Assembly (NCBI RefSeq): GCF_006345805.1 | Contig: NC_043005.1 | Span: 53,940,001 to 54,004,000, forward strand | From: Octopus sinensis | Lineage: Eukaryota | Reading direction: 5' to 3' | Length of the DNA: 64,000 nucleotides | Part shown: positions 1 through 13,302 of the stretch, one piece after another | Layout: the number at the start of each line of letters is the position of its first letter | Numbering within the stretch: position 1 is the stretch's first letter | Translations under genes and position numbers: made by a program | The notes under the pieces: generated by a model | What the model was told of the DNA's origin: nothing | The model's input: only the letters and a program-made list of their open reading frames with translations | The model's database searches: none

Positions 1-515
1 ATAAATATATTTATTGTACAAAGACTAAAAAGTTTAACAAATCAAAATTGAAATTGCCCACTTAATAAAGCGATATAGTCAATATTTTTAACTTGTAGTG
101 GTAATTTGAAACTGAGCTACTAAGTAGCTGGTCAGACATCACAATCAAACCACAATTGTTTCACATGATCAGTCAATTAAACAGCCAATCAGCATCAAGC
201 CATTGTCTTCTAGAATCTTCTTGTGCTCTATAAAAAAGTGAATTCTTTTGGTGGTAATTGCAGCATGTTAAGGCACCTGTGCCTTATGTTTCCATTCTTG
301 ACTCATCCAGCTGGTTAGGACAGACGACCAATAGAAGACAGAAATTTTCATCATCATGAATATATCACAATTATTTTCAAGTTGTGATGGGCCAACCACA
401 GATTGTTGGATCTGTAAGCTTGTCATAAACTCCAAGCAGAATGTCTCTCCTTGTATTTAATTATTAAACTTATTATTTGTAAAAGACCTGCACAATTAAA
501 ACTCTGTGTACAATA

Positions 516-851
516 GGCGCAAGAGTGGCTGTTTGGTAAGTAGCTTGCTTACCAACCACATGGTTCTGGGTTCAGTCCCACTGCGTGACACATTGGGCAA
601 GTGTCTTCTACTGTAGCCTCGGGTCGACCAAAGCCTTGTGAGTGGATTTGGTAGACAGAAACTGAAAGAAGCCTGTCATATCTATGTATATATATGTGTG
701 TGAGTCTGTGTTTGCCCCCCCCCCCAACATTGCTTGACAACCGATGCTGGTGTGTTTGCATCCCCATAACTTAGCGGTTCAGCAATAAGAGACTGATAGA
801 ATAAGTACTAGAGTTACAAAGAATAAGTCCTGGGGTTGATTTGCTCGACTA
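516..851 (+). mobile_element. tRNA-derived SINE family A (CORE-like GGCAAGTGTCTT domain)
   Basis: Head GGCGC.GGAGTGGCTGT.TGGTAAG, B-box GGTTCAGTCCC, internal (TA)/(TG) tract. Confidence 0.85.
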
Positions 852-1611
852 GTGTAATCAGTTATTTCTTCATGCATGAAAGAATATTTTGATATGAACC
901 TGCCTGAGACCACCCTGGTTCTAAGATACTAAAAATTCCTGTTGTAAAGTGATCTTAGTTAAAACTTCCCAACAAAGTTTCAACCTGATTCCTGTTCCAA
1001 ATACCATGTTATTCTACTGGAATCTTTAATATTTTCAAAATTAACTGAAACAACACAGCTGCAAAAGTGTTAATGATTAATTATGGTTGAGAAAAACAGG
1101 AGGAAACATCACTTAAATTAAAATAATTTAAAATTGATTAAAAATATAATCTAACATTGGGGCCAGTCAAATATTTGGTTAAATTCAATAATGCCTTAAG
1201 ATATGTTTCAGGTTTAGTTAACATCATCAACGAAGCATAGCATAACTGGTTCTACTAGACCTAAAATGCCATTCATGTATTCAGTATCAACATTTTAACA
1301 TCATTATCATCATAATAATAACTTACATTATCATAATGACAGTACCATCCTCTTCCATGTTATCGCATTTCAAGTCTACATTATCAAATGCTTTTCTATA
1401 TCATATCTCTTTCTCTCTCTTTCTTACTCTCTTTCTGCCTTTCTCTCTCCCTCTCTCATTTTCTCATTCTCCTTTTTCAAAGCAATAGATTGTGAGGAAG
1501 ATTTGCCTGCTATTTCTAATCAAATTAGACAATCATGTCATTAAGGGTTTGTCTACCTGCTTTCTTTTCTTTTTTTCTACTGGGATTGTCTACAAAGGTT
1601 ATATGTTCAAC

Positions 1612-1785
1612 ACTACTACTACTACTACTGCTACTGCTGCTGCTGCAACTACTGTTGCTACTACTACTGCTGCTGTCTACTACTACTGTTACTACTATTG
1701 TTGCTACTACTGCTGCTACTACTACTATTACTACTACTGCTGCTGCTATTGCTGTTGCTACTGCTGCTACTACTACTGCTGCTGT

Positions 1786-1816
<31 letters not shown>

Positions 1817-2100
1817 CACTCCTACTACTCGTACTGCTGCTGCTACTACTACTACTACTATTACTACTACTGCTGCTGCTGCCTACTACTACAACCACCG
1901 GTACCACCACCACCACCACCACCACCACCACCACCACTACTACTACTGCTGCTGCTACCTACTACTATTACTACAACTGCTGCTGCTACTACTACTATTA
2001 CCTATACTACTTTTACTGAAACTATTGTTACTACTATGACTAATCCTGCTATTAGTAACATTGCCCTTACCAACTTGTTGGTATTGTTACTGCAGCAGCA
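1612..2100. repeat. Compound (ACT)/(GCT)/(ACC) triplet array
   Basis: Direct reading; source of spurious ORFs. Confidence 0.95.
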
Positions 2101-2560
2101 ACAATATTTCCATATCTACTATTTCTCATTTAATCCATTAATGCTCCTTGTCCTCAGAGCATGACAGAAAATTATGCATTATTAAATATTGTTCATAATT
2201 ATTTTGTAAAATGAAAAATAAAATTTATGCACTAATTGGCTAATGAATGAAGTTTAATATTCAGTAATTGCAATTAATTACCCCCAAAAAATAATTTGTA
2301 TTCTATAATTTTCATACTGAGGGATACTAAACATATTAAGGCTTAATGATAGTTCAAATTTTAGCAGAAGGCCAGCGAATTTCGGAGGAATTACATCGAC
2401 CCCAGTAATCAGCTGGTACTTATTTTATCAACCCTAGAAGGATGAAAGGCAAAATTGACCCCAGCTACATTTGAACACAGAGCATAAAATCAGAAATGCC
2501 GCTAATAATTTTGTCTGGTGTAATAATGATTCTGCCAGCTCACCGCCTTACATATCACTC

Positions 2561-2969
2561 TTTTTATCTTTTACTTGTTTTAATCATTTGACTGTGGCAA
2601 TGCTGGAGCACCACCTTTAGTCAAGCAAATCAACCCCAGGACTTATTCTTTGCAAGCCTAGTACTTATTCTATTGGTCTCTTTTGCCGAACTGCTAAGTT
2701 ACGGGAATGTAAACACACAAGCATCGGTTGTCAACTGATGTTGGGGGGACAAATACAGACCCACAAACACATACACACACACACACATATATACATATAC
2801 ATATATACGATGGGCTTCTTTCAGTTTCCATCTACCAAATCCACTCACAAGGCTTTGGCCGGCCTGAGGCTATAGTGGAAGACACTTGCCCAAGGTGCCA
2901 TGCAGTGGGACTGAACCCGGAACCATGTGGTTGGTAAGCAAGCTACTTACCACACAGCCACTCCTGTGC
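2561..2969 (-). mobile_element. SINE family A, full length
   Basis: Reverse complement of the 516-851 family, including the GGTGCTCCAGCATTGCC...AAGTAAAAGA tail. Confidence 0.85.
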
Positions 2970-3243
2970 TTAATAATAGAGTTCAATATTTCGAGAGCTC
3001 AAATGAAAGTAGTAGTTTCTATCTTCAGTCTTTTCTGTTTTGTACTAAACTAAATTTGCTATCAATATCTCATGTCCTACGAAGATGGGGAGCTGGCAAA
3101 AATGTTAACACATATAAAGATAAATATATATACATATATATATACATACATATACATAAATACATGCATACATATATATACATGCATATATATATATATA
3201 TATACACAAACATACATATATACATACATACATATATATACAT

Positions 3244-3291
<48 letters not shown>

Positions 3292-3337
3292 AAACAAGTC
3301 AAAAATAGAAAATGCTAAGATGATTTTATAGTGAATC

Positions 3338-3381
3338 TTTCAGTACCGGTTTCGGTCATTTTGAGACCTTTTCAACTGTAA
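3338..3381 (-). ncRNA. Mirror copy of the hammerhead motif
   Basis: Exact reverse complement of 3653-3696 in the left palindrome arm. Confidence 0.7.
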
Positions 3382-3652
3382 CGATTAAATAATTAAATTT
3401 AGAAAAATTAGAAGAAAAGTTTTTTTAAAAGAATATTTCTGTAGTAGTGTTCAGATATAAGTAGCATTCTGCCTTTCTCTGACTCCCTTGTTTGCACTTG
3501 TGTGTTCGAGGTCGTTTTTCGACCTCGAACACACAAGTGCAAACAAGGGAGTCAGAGAAAGGCAGAATGCTACTTATATCTGAACACTACTACAGAAATA
3601 TTCTTTTAAAAAAACTTTTCTTCTAATTTTTCTAAATTTAATTATTTAATCG

Positions 3653-3696
3653 TTACAGTTGAAAAGGTCTCAAAATGACCGAAACCGGTACTGAAA
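3653..3696 (+). ncRNA. Minimal type-I hammerhead ribozyme motif (U3-A8 variant)
   Basis: Stem I TT-A-CAG/CTG-A-AA; core TTGAAAA; stem II GGTC-(TCAAAAT)-GACC; GAAA; palindromic stem III ACCGGT; cleavage triplet GUA (after 3690). Confidence 0.7.
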
Positions 3697-5284
3697 GATT
3701 CACTATAAAATCATCTTAGCATTTTCTATTTTTGACTTGTTTTTTCATATATATCAACTCGTGTGTTCCTTTCCACCCTTATACATATATATATATATAG
3801 ATAGATAGATACATATACACACACACACACATATGTAATGGGTTTTCAGGTCCTAACAAAGCCACTTACAAGGCCCTAGTTGGTAGAGGGCTACAGTAGG
3901 AGTCACCTGCCCAAGGTGCCATACAGTGGTACTGAACACAGAACCATGTGATTGGGAAGCAAATATACACAAATATGATAAAAGTAAAGTCATGATTTCG
4001 AGTATAATTATTGACTTTGTTCATAGCCAAAACCCCATAGATTTTGTGGCGGGAGATTATAGTCTCTAATAGTTACACCCCACAATAGCACAAAGAAAAC
4101 TGAAACTGATCCCATCAGGATTTGAACTCCAAAACGTAAAGGAATGTAACCAAATTTTGCAAAATAGTTAGTTTGATGTTCTACCAATTCTGAAAATTTG
4201 TTGGCCTTTTGACATCAATTATTGAATTTCTGACAATTCCATTTTTATGTTAAACATTTTCTGGTGATTAACATTGCTTAATATTGAATAAATTTATATA
4301 TTTAATTTATATAAGTATATATATATATATATATATATATATGAGGCATAGCAGTTAGAAAAACTAGAAGAAGAAGCTTATTTCTATTGCTATTTTTTCA
4401 TTTTCATTTTTGCCCTATCTTATGTATTGTAGATGACATGAGATTTTATCCAACATCATCTTCATTGTCACCATCATCATTTTAATTTCCACTTTTCCAT
4501 GCTTGCATTGGTCGGACAGGGTTTACTGAGGCAGATTTTCTACTGCTGGATGCCTTTCTTATCACCTACATTTATCTGCTTCCATGCAGATTATTATTTC
4601 CTCATGGCCAGGCATGATTTCATAGAATAATGCCAATGAATGACATTCATTTGCAACAATTCCTTGATGTTGACACAAGCACTCAGACACACATGCAGAT
4701 GCATACACACACACACACGCACACTCACACACACACACACATATATTCATAGTTCTACTTAAAAGCACTCAGTGTTCTCTGTAAAGTTGTTGGTGTTAAG
4801 AAGGGCATCCAGCTATGAAAACCATACCAAAACAGTGGGGTTTGGTGCAGTTCTGTGGCTTGCCAGCTCTTGTCAAACTGTCCAACCCATGCCAGTATGG
4901 AAGACAGACGTTAAATGATGATGATGATGATGATGATATATATACACACATATATACAGCAGGCAGTTTGTCTACCAAATAGACTCTCAAGGCTTTGGTT
5001 AGCCTGGGTTTATTTAAGAGACTTTCCCAAGGTATAACACAGTGGAACTGGACTGAAAACTGTATGGTTGGGAAGCAAACTTTTTAATAATACAGCCACC
5101 CCTGTGTCTCTCTTTTTCTCTCTCTACATGCATGTATGTTTATATATATATATATATATATATATATGCGTGTGTGTGTCTGTGTGTATATATATATATA
5201 TATATAGGGTAGTGAGTTTCTTTTAGAAATTTCATCACCACTGGCCTAGCATATATAAAACATCAATAGACAACATATTCTCGA

Positions 5285-5527
5285 TATAAAATAGTATACA
5301 TTGAAACACAAGAGAAGCTGCCTTCAACAGACAACTTTACATGCTAGAAGAAGTAGTCAAAAAGAAAATGAAATCTAGGTATGACCGTAATAAAATAACA
5401 AGTTAAAAGTTTTTATTTGTCATTCCCTTCAAAATTGCTTTTAAATGTGGCCATTTTGACTACTTCTTCTAGCGTGTAAAGCTACCTGTTGAAGGCAACT
5501 TCTCTTGTGTTTAAACACTATTTTATA
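5285..5527. mobile_element. MITE-like element with ~60-75 bp imperfect TIRs
   Basis: AAACACAAGAGAAGCTGCCTTCAACAG...AGTAGTCAAAA is mirrored by TTTTGACTACTTCTTC...CTTCTCTTGTGTTT; TA flanks. Confidence 0.75.
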
Positions 5528-6615
5528 TATATAATACAGAAGATAGATAGATGAACATACATATTTTTAATTAATTAGTTGTTTTAGTATCGATTCATCT
5601 GAAACTCTACTTTATTCTTAGTGGTTAATCATCAAAGAAAATGCTCCTCCGGCAATATTGTATGAAACGTTTTAAGTGTCTTATAAGTTCTTATGAAAGA
5701 TTCAGTCATTAAGAAGTTATCGAAAATGAAAGTGAGCTGTAAATGATAGCTGAAAATTTGAAATGTGTTTTAGTGTCTCTGCCTCTATGATATATGTTTA
5801 AATAATTTATTGTCTGACACCAAACTGTTGCATTATGTAGCCTTGATGATATGTTCCATACTGGCAACAAAATTAAAGCCAGCATCACTAATATCATACT
5901 AATAATTGCATTAAATGATTATATCTGATTGGTACAAATTGGATATATTTGTTAGATATATTTGGAAACTGCACAGCCCTTTAACTGAGAGGACAAACCT
6001 TTCAGCATCATTTTCCCAAAGTTCTGATTTCCACAAAGTTAACAGATTTTGCATTATATTTATTGGTATTCCTGAAAGAGTTAGTCATTGAGTTGGTTTG
6101 TGTAACTCCTGACTCCAGAATGGTTTCACCCAAAAACCCTTAAATGTGCAACTGATTTAAACTCTCCAAGCTAAAATTCATGACAACAAACTAAAATTTC
6201 TGGTGTGAATCTATTACACTTTCCCCAAATCATGTTTATTTTCCAAATACCTTGTGTATAATTCTAATTTCGGTTGTCTTAAATGTATGTGAATCTTTGT
6301 CTATGATAACTAACTTTCAAAGAGAGAATATAGACTTCAGTTTTGTGTTTTAGATGTCTCCAGATAGTCAATATTCCATTTAATGCATTGTGGGATTTTC
6401 TCTTTTTGCCAAAACAAATTTCATCTCTGCAAAATTGGTATCCCTCACGAACAAGAAAAAAATTTTGAAGACCATCAACTTTCATTTGAACATTCATGTA
6501 GATTAACTCAACACAATATTTTGCGACAAGCCATAGACCTCAATGTTTACATTCTGTTCACCACACAATATACCAATTACCATTCTTTCATCACAACTAA
6601 TAAACTATGAATTAA

Positions 6616-6833
6616 CCGTTTTGTTACTATTTTTCAGTTGAGATGTTCTGTGTTTCTTTCAGTTAATTTAAATAAAACAAAGAATTTAGTAAAATAACTT
6701 TATCACTAAGCTAGTGTTAGGAACATAAATTGTGACTAAGGTTTGGTGGAAGATTTTAATTCAGAACTTATGAAAACAAGATATTTGTACTACAGAGCCA
6801 GAGGCAGTTTCAGGCAGGTTGGTATCAAAAGGG
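6616..6833. mobile_element. piggyBac-like MITE
   Basis: TTAA|CCGTTTTGTTAC ... GTATCAAAAGGG|TTAA; a related fragment lies near 885-1050. Confidence 0.65.
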
Positions 6834-6878
6834 TTAAAGTTACTCCTGCAGCTCTTTTTTCCCAAAATGTTTTCTTCT

Positions 6879-7200
6879 TTTGTCACCACTTCATCATGGT
6901 TGTTCTGTAGGAACCAATGTTACTACTATTTTTTTTACCCCAAGAAGACGTCTCCTTTAGCTGATTATGCAGCAATTTACATGCAATATATATTGCAAGA
7001 AGAGTTTGCTCTCTTGCTTGCAATCTATATAGGGTGCAGATTGCATTGAATAACCAGCTGGAGACGACGTCCTCTTGAGGTTAAAATGGTAGTAACATCG
7101 GTTTGTATGGAACAGCCATGTTGAAGTGGCAACAAACATTACTTCTCAGTATAGTTACTACTTCTCTCTCTAACAGAGATTTTGTAACTAACTACTTTGC
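6879..7200 (+). mobile_element. Long-hairpin repeat, same family as 52408-52785
   Basis: Imperfect fold-back 6879-7136 and a shared tail CATTACTTCTCAGTATAGTTACTAC. Confidence 0.6.
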
Positions 7201-7701
7201 TTTTCTTTCTTTTTTTGTAATATAAATAATATAGTGTAATTAGTAGACCGTTAATTACTTCACACTTAAGAGCTTCAGTAAGAATCGAGATATCCACAAA
7301 TATTGGTTTCAGATTTTGGCACAAAGCCAGCAATTTCAAGGGAGGGTACAGTTGATTAAATTGACCTCCAAGTGCTCAACTGGTACTTATTTTATTGAAT
7401 CCAAGAGGATGAAAGGTAAAGTTGACCTCAGTGGAATTTGAACCCAGAACCTAAAGGTGGATGAAATGCTGCAAAGCATTTTGTCCAACATGTTAATGAT
7501 TTCAGCCAGCATGTTAACCACTATTTAGATATCCACAAATATTAATAAGGTTTTATAGTTGAAATGACAAAAATCAAATTAAATAAATATACGATGTACT
7601 TCACTCCATTTAATACTTTTCATTAATGAGAAAAGTAGCGTCGATTTCTTGTATGATGGTTGTTTCCCTTACAATAAACAACCAATGAATGACCAGCTTA
7701 C

Positions 7702-7808
7702 ACAACAGACTCTCTTTTGAAAAATCATAAATAATGCTACAATGAAGGTTGAGATTTTCAGTAACGTTGTATACAATAAGAAGTAGACACCAATGTTTTG
7801 ACACTTAT
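7702..7808 (-). other. Candidate 107-nt coding exon encoding a TM-like segment
   Basis: tttctctcttag|...TGTTGT|gtaagc; the only open frame (phase 1 to 0) gives KCQNIGVYFLLYTTLLKISTFIVALFMIFQKRVCC. Confidence 0.35.
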
Positions 7809-8580
7809 CTAAGAGAGAAACTAATTAATTTATGAATTATGTTTCAGCCTTTCTTTCCTGCAATTTCTCAAAATAATTTTTTTTCTATTCTCTCGAACAA
7901 AGAGTTTGTTCCAAAAGATCAATATCACCTTCGTACAGCAAAAGAGAATTTATCCAAGGAAAGGAAATTTAGAGCAGATATAATTTTTGCTGACACAATT
8001 CCACAGATCACTCAGGCTCCAGTTTTCACTTTTGTTTTGTTTTTTCTTCCTTTTTAATCTTATTCAGTATTACGGCTGATTTTTATTTCTGAGTTTGGTT
8101 GATGACATTGTTATCAGTGACAAATTGGCTGGCCTGCACTGTGTAAGAAAGTAGTATCATTGCAAATTCAAAATGTACTCTATATTTGATAAGTGTTAAT
8201 TATCATACCGTTCAACATATTCATATAGAATCTTACACACAGAGAAACTTGTCTGCAGTGGTTCAACATTAGAAATATTCTTTTCTACTCTAGGCACAAG
8301 TACCGAAGAATTTGGGGAGTGGGACCAGTCAATTAGACTGACTCCAGTATACAACTGGTACTTAATTTATTGGCCTTGAAAGGATGAAAAGCAAAGTCGA
8401 CCTCAGCGGAATTTGAACTCAGAATGTAAAGATAGACGAAACACCACTAAGCATTTCGTCCAGCGTGCTAACATTTCTCCCAGCTCACCACCTTTCAACA
8501 TTATAAATATTGTCTCTGGTATATGTGTATGTGTGTGTGTGTGTGTATGTATGTATGCATGTATGTATCTATGTATGTAT

Positions 8581-9121
8581 GTCATTATTTAGTTTATTTC
8601 AAGATTTCTTGTCAATAGAGAAAGAACCGGTTTCTAACCTAGATCCAAGGTTCCTTCATTGGAATTTCAGCATCAACAACAGTGTATTTTTGTTTGTATG
8701 TATAAATGTATGTATGTATGTATGTATAGATTTGTATGTTTTATGTATGTCTCCTCATGCATATAGTTACATATCTAGACATGCTCATATATATTGAAAT
8801 GATAAAATTCTTGAATATTTTACAGATTTTTACAGTTACGGTGATGGTTTGGATCTGATGTCTTCGAATTAGCTTTCTCCTTTCTGGTTTGTATGTATGT
8901 ATGTATGTACGTATGTACGTACGTATGTATGTATGTATGTATGAATGAATGTATGTGCAGATTTGTATGTTTTATGTATGTTTTCTCATGCATATAGTTG
9001 CATATATAGACATGCTCATATATATTTAAATGATAAACTTCTAGAATGTTTTTCAGATTTTTACAGTTCTGGTGATGGATTGGATCTGTAATCTTCAAAT
9101 TAGCTTTCTCCTTTCTGGTTT
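8581..9121 (-). mobile_element. Two tandem 3' ends of the (TACA)n R4 family
   Basis: 8581-8890 and 8955-9121 align with 54185-54560; both begin at ...ACAAACCAGAAAGGAGAAAGCT. Confidence 0.85.
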
Positions 9122-9424
9122 GTATGTATGTATGTATGTATGTATGTATGTATGTGAGTGTAAGTGTATGTATACTTCTGTCTCCCTGTCTTGACATTGT
9201 GTTATTGCTGTAAAAAAATGTTATTCACTTCTAATATTCTTTGAAAACATGTCTGGCCATGGAGAAAGAATGCTTTGCTTGGAAACTGGTAAGGGTTGGC
9301 AGCTGGAAAGGCATCTGGCTGTAAAAAATCCACCTCAATGAACTCTGTCTGACACATGCAAGCTTGGAAAAGAGGACATTAAAATGATGGTGATGTGTAT
9401 AATACACACACACACACACATATA

Positions 9425-10290
9425 TGAGGAGTTACCTAAAAGTAACTGGAAACATTTTCTGAGGGATAAGCCACTTGTAGTTCAGGCTTCATCCACTATA
9501 AGTCACTTGATGTGACCCTCAGGCATCAGTCTGCTGACGGGTATCATCTAGTAACGTGCTGCCATGAGGTGCATTTTTGTTTTGCAGTCTCTCTTTCCTA
9601 TTCATCGATTTTTGCAATGGATTAATCGAAAGAACAGTTTGCTTCTATGAAATTTTGTTTTCTGCTGGGGAAAATTGTGGCCGAAACAGTTGTCATGCTT
9701 CAAAAAGCTTACAAAGATGCTGCCATGAGTAAAACACAAGTTTTCAAGTGGCTTTCATGCTTTAGGAATGGTCACTTGTTATTTGAAGATCAATCTCATT
9801 CAGGGCAACCACCAGCCGCCCGAACAAATGAAAACATCATGAAAATTCATGAACTTTATCTTGGAGGACTGTCAGTGATCATCTGATGAACTTAATATGA
9901 GTGGTATGTCTTGGAGCTCCTGCTAACGAATTTTGAGCAAGGAATTGTGAATGAAAAGAGTTGCAGCAAGATCTGCTCATAGAACATCAAAAGCAGTCGT
10001 GACTGAATGTGTGCAGTAAACTGAAAGAACAATTGGACGTTGATCCATGTAATTACTGGTAACAAAAGCTGGTATTTGCAGACATGTAAGAGGTGAAGTA
10101 AAAAAACGATGGAACCATTTAAAGGCATCACTTCACAAGAGTTCCAGCACTGCTTTGAACAGTGGAAAATGCATTTGAATCGATGCATTGCTTCAAATGA
10201 AGAATACTTTGAAGGCAATAAAAATGTAAACATGTAAAACTAAGTTAATAAAATATTGCAAAATCCCGGTTTCTTTTGGGTACTACCTCA
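9425..10290 (+). mobile_element. Mariner element, internally deleted, with both TIRs
   Basis: TIRs TGAGGAGTTACCTAAAAG / CTTTTGGGTACTACCTCA with TA flanks. N-terminal HTH (KFCFLLGK..AETVVML.KAY..AAMSKTQVFKW), decayed first catalytic motif (TGNKSW), C-terminus QHCFEQWK...RCIASNEEYFEG. Confidence 0.9.
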
Positions 10291-10671
10291 TATATACATT
10301 TAAATTATTAAATGCCGTTTAAATTTTAATAAATTTTTATCATATTGCCTTATTGTCTGTGATAAACAAACGAGAAAAAATAAAAATAAAATATTTTTTC
10401 AAAGTACTGAAAGTAAAATATCACTTTATTGAATGGCCTTTAGACAAGTCTTTGATGGCAGTGCACTCACTTGGCACATTGTAAATTATATAGTTTCTTT
10501 TTTTTTTTATTATTGTTGTTATATATTTCATGAATAATTCTTGCGAGAAAACAATGTGATATTTTATTTTCTTTTGATTGGAATGCCGTTTATCATACAT
10601 GATATTCTAAATACTATTGATATGACCTGCAACAAAAATTTTAATTTCTGTTTCTTACTTCGTCGCAACAT

Positions 10672-11060
10672 ACACATGCACACACACACACACAAACACG
10701 CACTCACACACATATACACACATGCACACACACATGGACCAAGGACACAAATGGACACATACGGACATGAACACATGCGTACACGGATACATACACACAT
10801 GGACACACATACACACACACACACACCAATGCATACACATGGATACACATGCATTCACACACACACACACACACACACATGGACCAAGGACACAAATGGA
10901 TACACACGGACATGGATACATACACACGTGGACACACACACCAACACATGCACATGACACACACACATGGACACATGCATTCACACACAAACACACACAC
11001 ACACACACGGGCACGCACACACACACACACACACACGGGCATGCACACACACACACACAA
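10672..11060. repeat. (CA)-rich minisatellite with a duplicated ~140-bp unit
   Basis: CACATGGACCAAGGACACAAATGG occurs at ~10731 and ~10876. Confidence 0.85.
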
Positions 11061-11399
11061 ATATATATTTGCATTCATACACATAAACATACATGTATAT
11101 ATGTGTATAGGTGTAGATTACTCATTGTTTACTTCAAGTTTCATGCTTTAATGAGACATTCTTCATAGCTGTTCTGTTTACACAGGGTAAGCTATAATCC
11201 TTTTATAAAACATATCCACTCCCTTTCTGGTAATATTAGGAATTACGAGAGTATAATTCATAAAGAGTTAATGTGACTAATTTCCTTTCATCAATTTTAA
11301 TACAGGAGTTAGAATTTTTATAATTAAATGCAAAGGCTGGAAAAATTAATGAGGAAAGTGAGAGAGAAGATTGTGAAGGAAGAAAGAAATGTTAAGGAT

Positions 11400-11813
11400 A
11401 CACCCTTTTCTCCGGGAAGCAAATTGATTTTTTTTAACCCTAAAAGATCTCAAAGCTGCAGAGAGGTGCTTTTAAAGAAAAAAAATGCTTAGAATCTCAT
11501 GGGTACAGAGGGTGACGAATGTGGAAGTGTTGAAGAAGATGAAAATGAAACAGTTGATGGATACTATCAGAGAGAGACAATGGAGATTTATTTGTTGGTC
11601 ATTTTCTCAGACAGGATGGCAGAATGGAGTGGTACATGGTGGAAACTGAGCTGAGAGGAAGGCTGAGAATGAAGATGTTCGACTGGGTGAAGAGATTGAA
11701 CATGCAGAGTGAGAAAGACCTGGGTGATGTTGCAAGAGATAGAAATAAATTAAAGAAGTGCAAGCCATGATTTGTCAAAGTCATGAATATTCCATGACAT
11801 AAGAGAGAGAGAG
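11400..11813 (+). mobile_element. RTE-clade LINE 3' fragment
   Basis: LKAAERCF...MLRISWVQRVTNVEVLKKM...IRERQWRF..H..RQDG; ends in a (GA)n tail. Confidence 0.8.
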
Positions 11814-12977
11814 CATTCAGATTACTTTCTCAAATGTAATACTCTTTACTCTCTTTTACTTGTTTCAGTCATGTGGCTGTGGCCATGCTGGAGCACCGCC
11901 TTTAGTCGAGCAAATCGCATGTAGAATATTTGGGCTGGATATGGCTGTATTAAATGCTGAAGGGTTAAAAAAAAAATTCCAGCCAAAAGCTAGGTCAACT
12001 TAAACACCAAGATGACTATGTAGTTCCAAAAATTCTATGTGAAATGCAGCAAGATTTGAAAATGCAAGAACTATGTTTGAATGTTTACTCCACCTGTTTA
12101 AACTATATACTGTGTCAACTTGAATTCCAGAAAACACAGTAAATCATTCAAATTACAAGAGTACATGCATGTTTGTGCATATACACAAATACACACACAT
12201 TCATACAAACAGACTGATTGATTGAGGGATTGATAAATAGATAGATAAATATAATGATTGATTGATTGATTAATTGATTGAGAGACAGACAGACTGACTG
12301 ACTGACAGATAGATAGATTGACTGATGGACAGACAGACAGGCAGGTAGACAGACAGACAGACAGATAGATAGATAGACTGACTGATAGATTAATTGATTG
12401 ATTGATTGACTGACTGATTGATAGACAAATAAATAGAGAGATACTCCCGCACATGGATATATAAATAAGTAAATGCAAAGAAAGAGAAAAATGAGCTATG
12501 TTACAGTTGATATTTTTTTGCAACTATAGAGGTACCCTAGGTCAGACCTTATTTCAGTTTCAAAAACGTTTAGTGACAGGGAGTATAAGACTCCTTCCTG
12601 GATGAGACACAGTGTATTATAGGAAGGATTAATCTTATTTCTAACTTCTTCTTGGCACTCGTTTTCCAATGAGTGAGATAGAGCAATGTGAAATGACACT
12701 ATATACTGCTCCATCTCATAACTGAACCAATGGCCGTAAAATCTTTTCTACTCTAGACACAAGACCCAAAATTTTGGGGGAGAGGACCAGTCAGTTAGAT
12801 CAACTCCAGTATGAAACTGGCACTTAATTTATTGACCCTAAACGGGGACACACCAACATCAGTTGTCAAGCAATGGAGGTGGGGACAAACACAGACACAA
12901 ACACACAAATATATATATATATATATATAACGGCGATGCATCAGCATGGTCGCAGCTCTGAGCTGAAACTAGAAAAA

Positions 12978-13017
<40 letters not shown>

Positions 13018-13302
13018 CATATATATATATACATATATATATATGTATGTATGTATACACTTTATTAATAAAGCATATTACTCTAACTCTGGTATTCAAG
13101 TACTATTTTTTCTACTACCTCGTTTCATATTTATGTCCTTACTCTGGTATACATACATATATATATATATATCACACATGATCACATGACTGACCAGGCT
13201 ATCAGATGTTGCTACACATCGCTGGTCACAATGCACTTCACATTGTTTTAGCTTTCAAATGACGCCACCCTGCTGGCAAAGCGAGCAGGCCAATATATAT
13301 AT

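Larger units (their letters stand above)
3280..3754. mobile_element. Perfect inverted repeat (235-bp arms, TTTTT loop); Penelope-like element terminus in inverted arrangement
   Basis: 3280-3514 is the exact reverse complement of 3520-3754; each arm carries a hammerhead motif; the left flank is (TA)n. Confidence 0.75.

Noticed and set aside
1492-2164. Long ORFs of 113-209 aa (poly-T/Y/C/L/H)
   Set aside because: Pure triplet-microsatellite read-through, open in several frames; the same applies to the many YI/HT/CV/II/NN ORFs across the window
5709-5897. 62-aa ORF with a hydrophobic N-terminus
   Set aside because: No promoter or convincing donor and no recognisable family; expected by chance in AT-rich DNA
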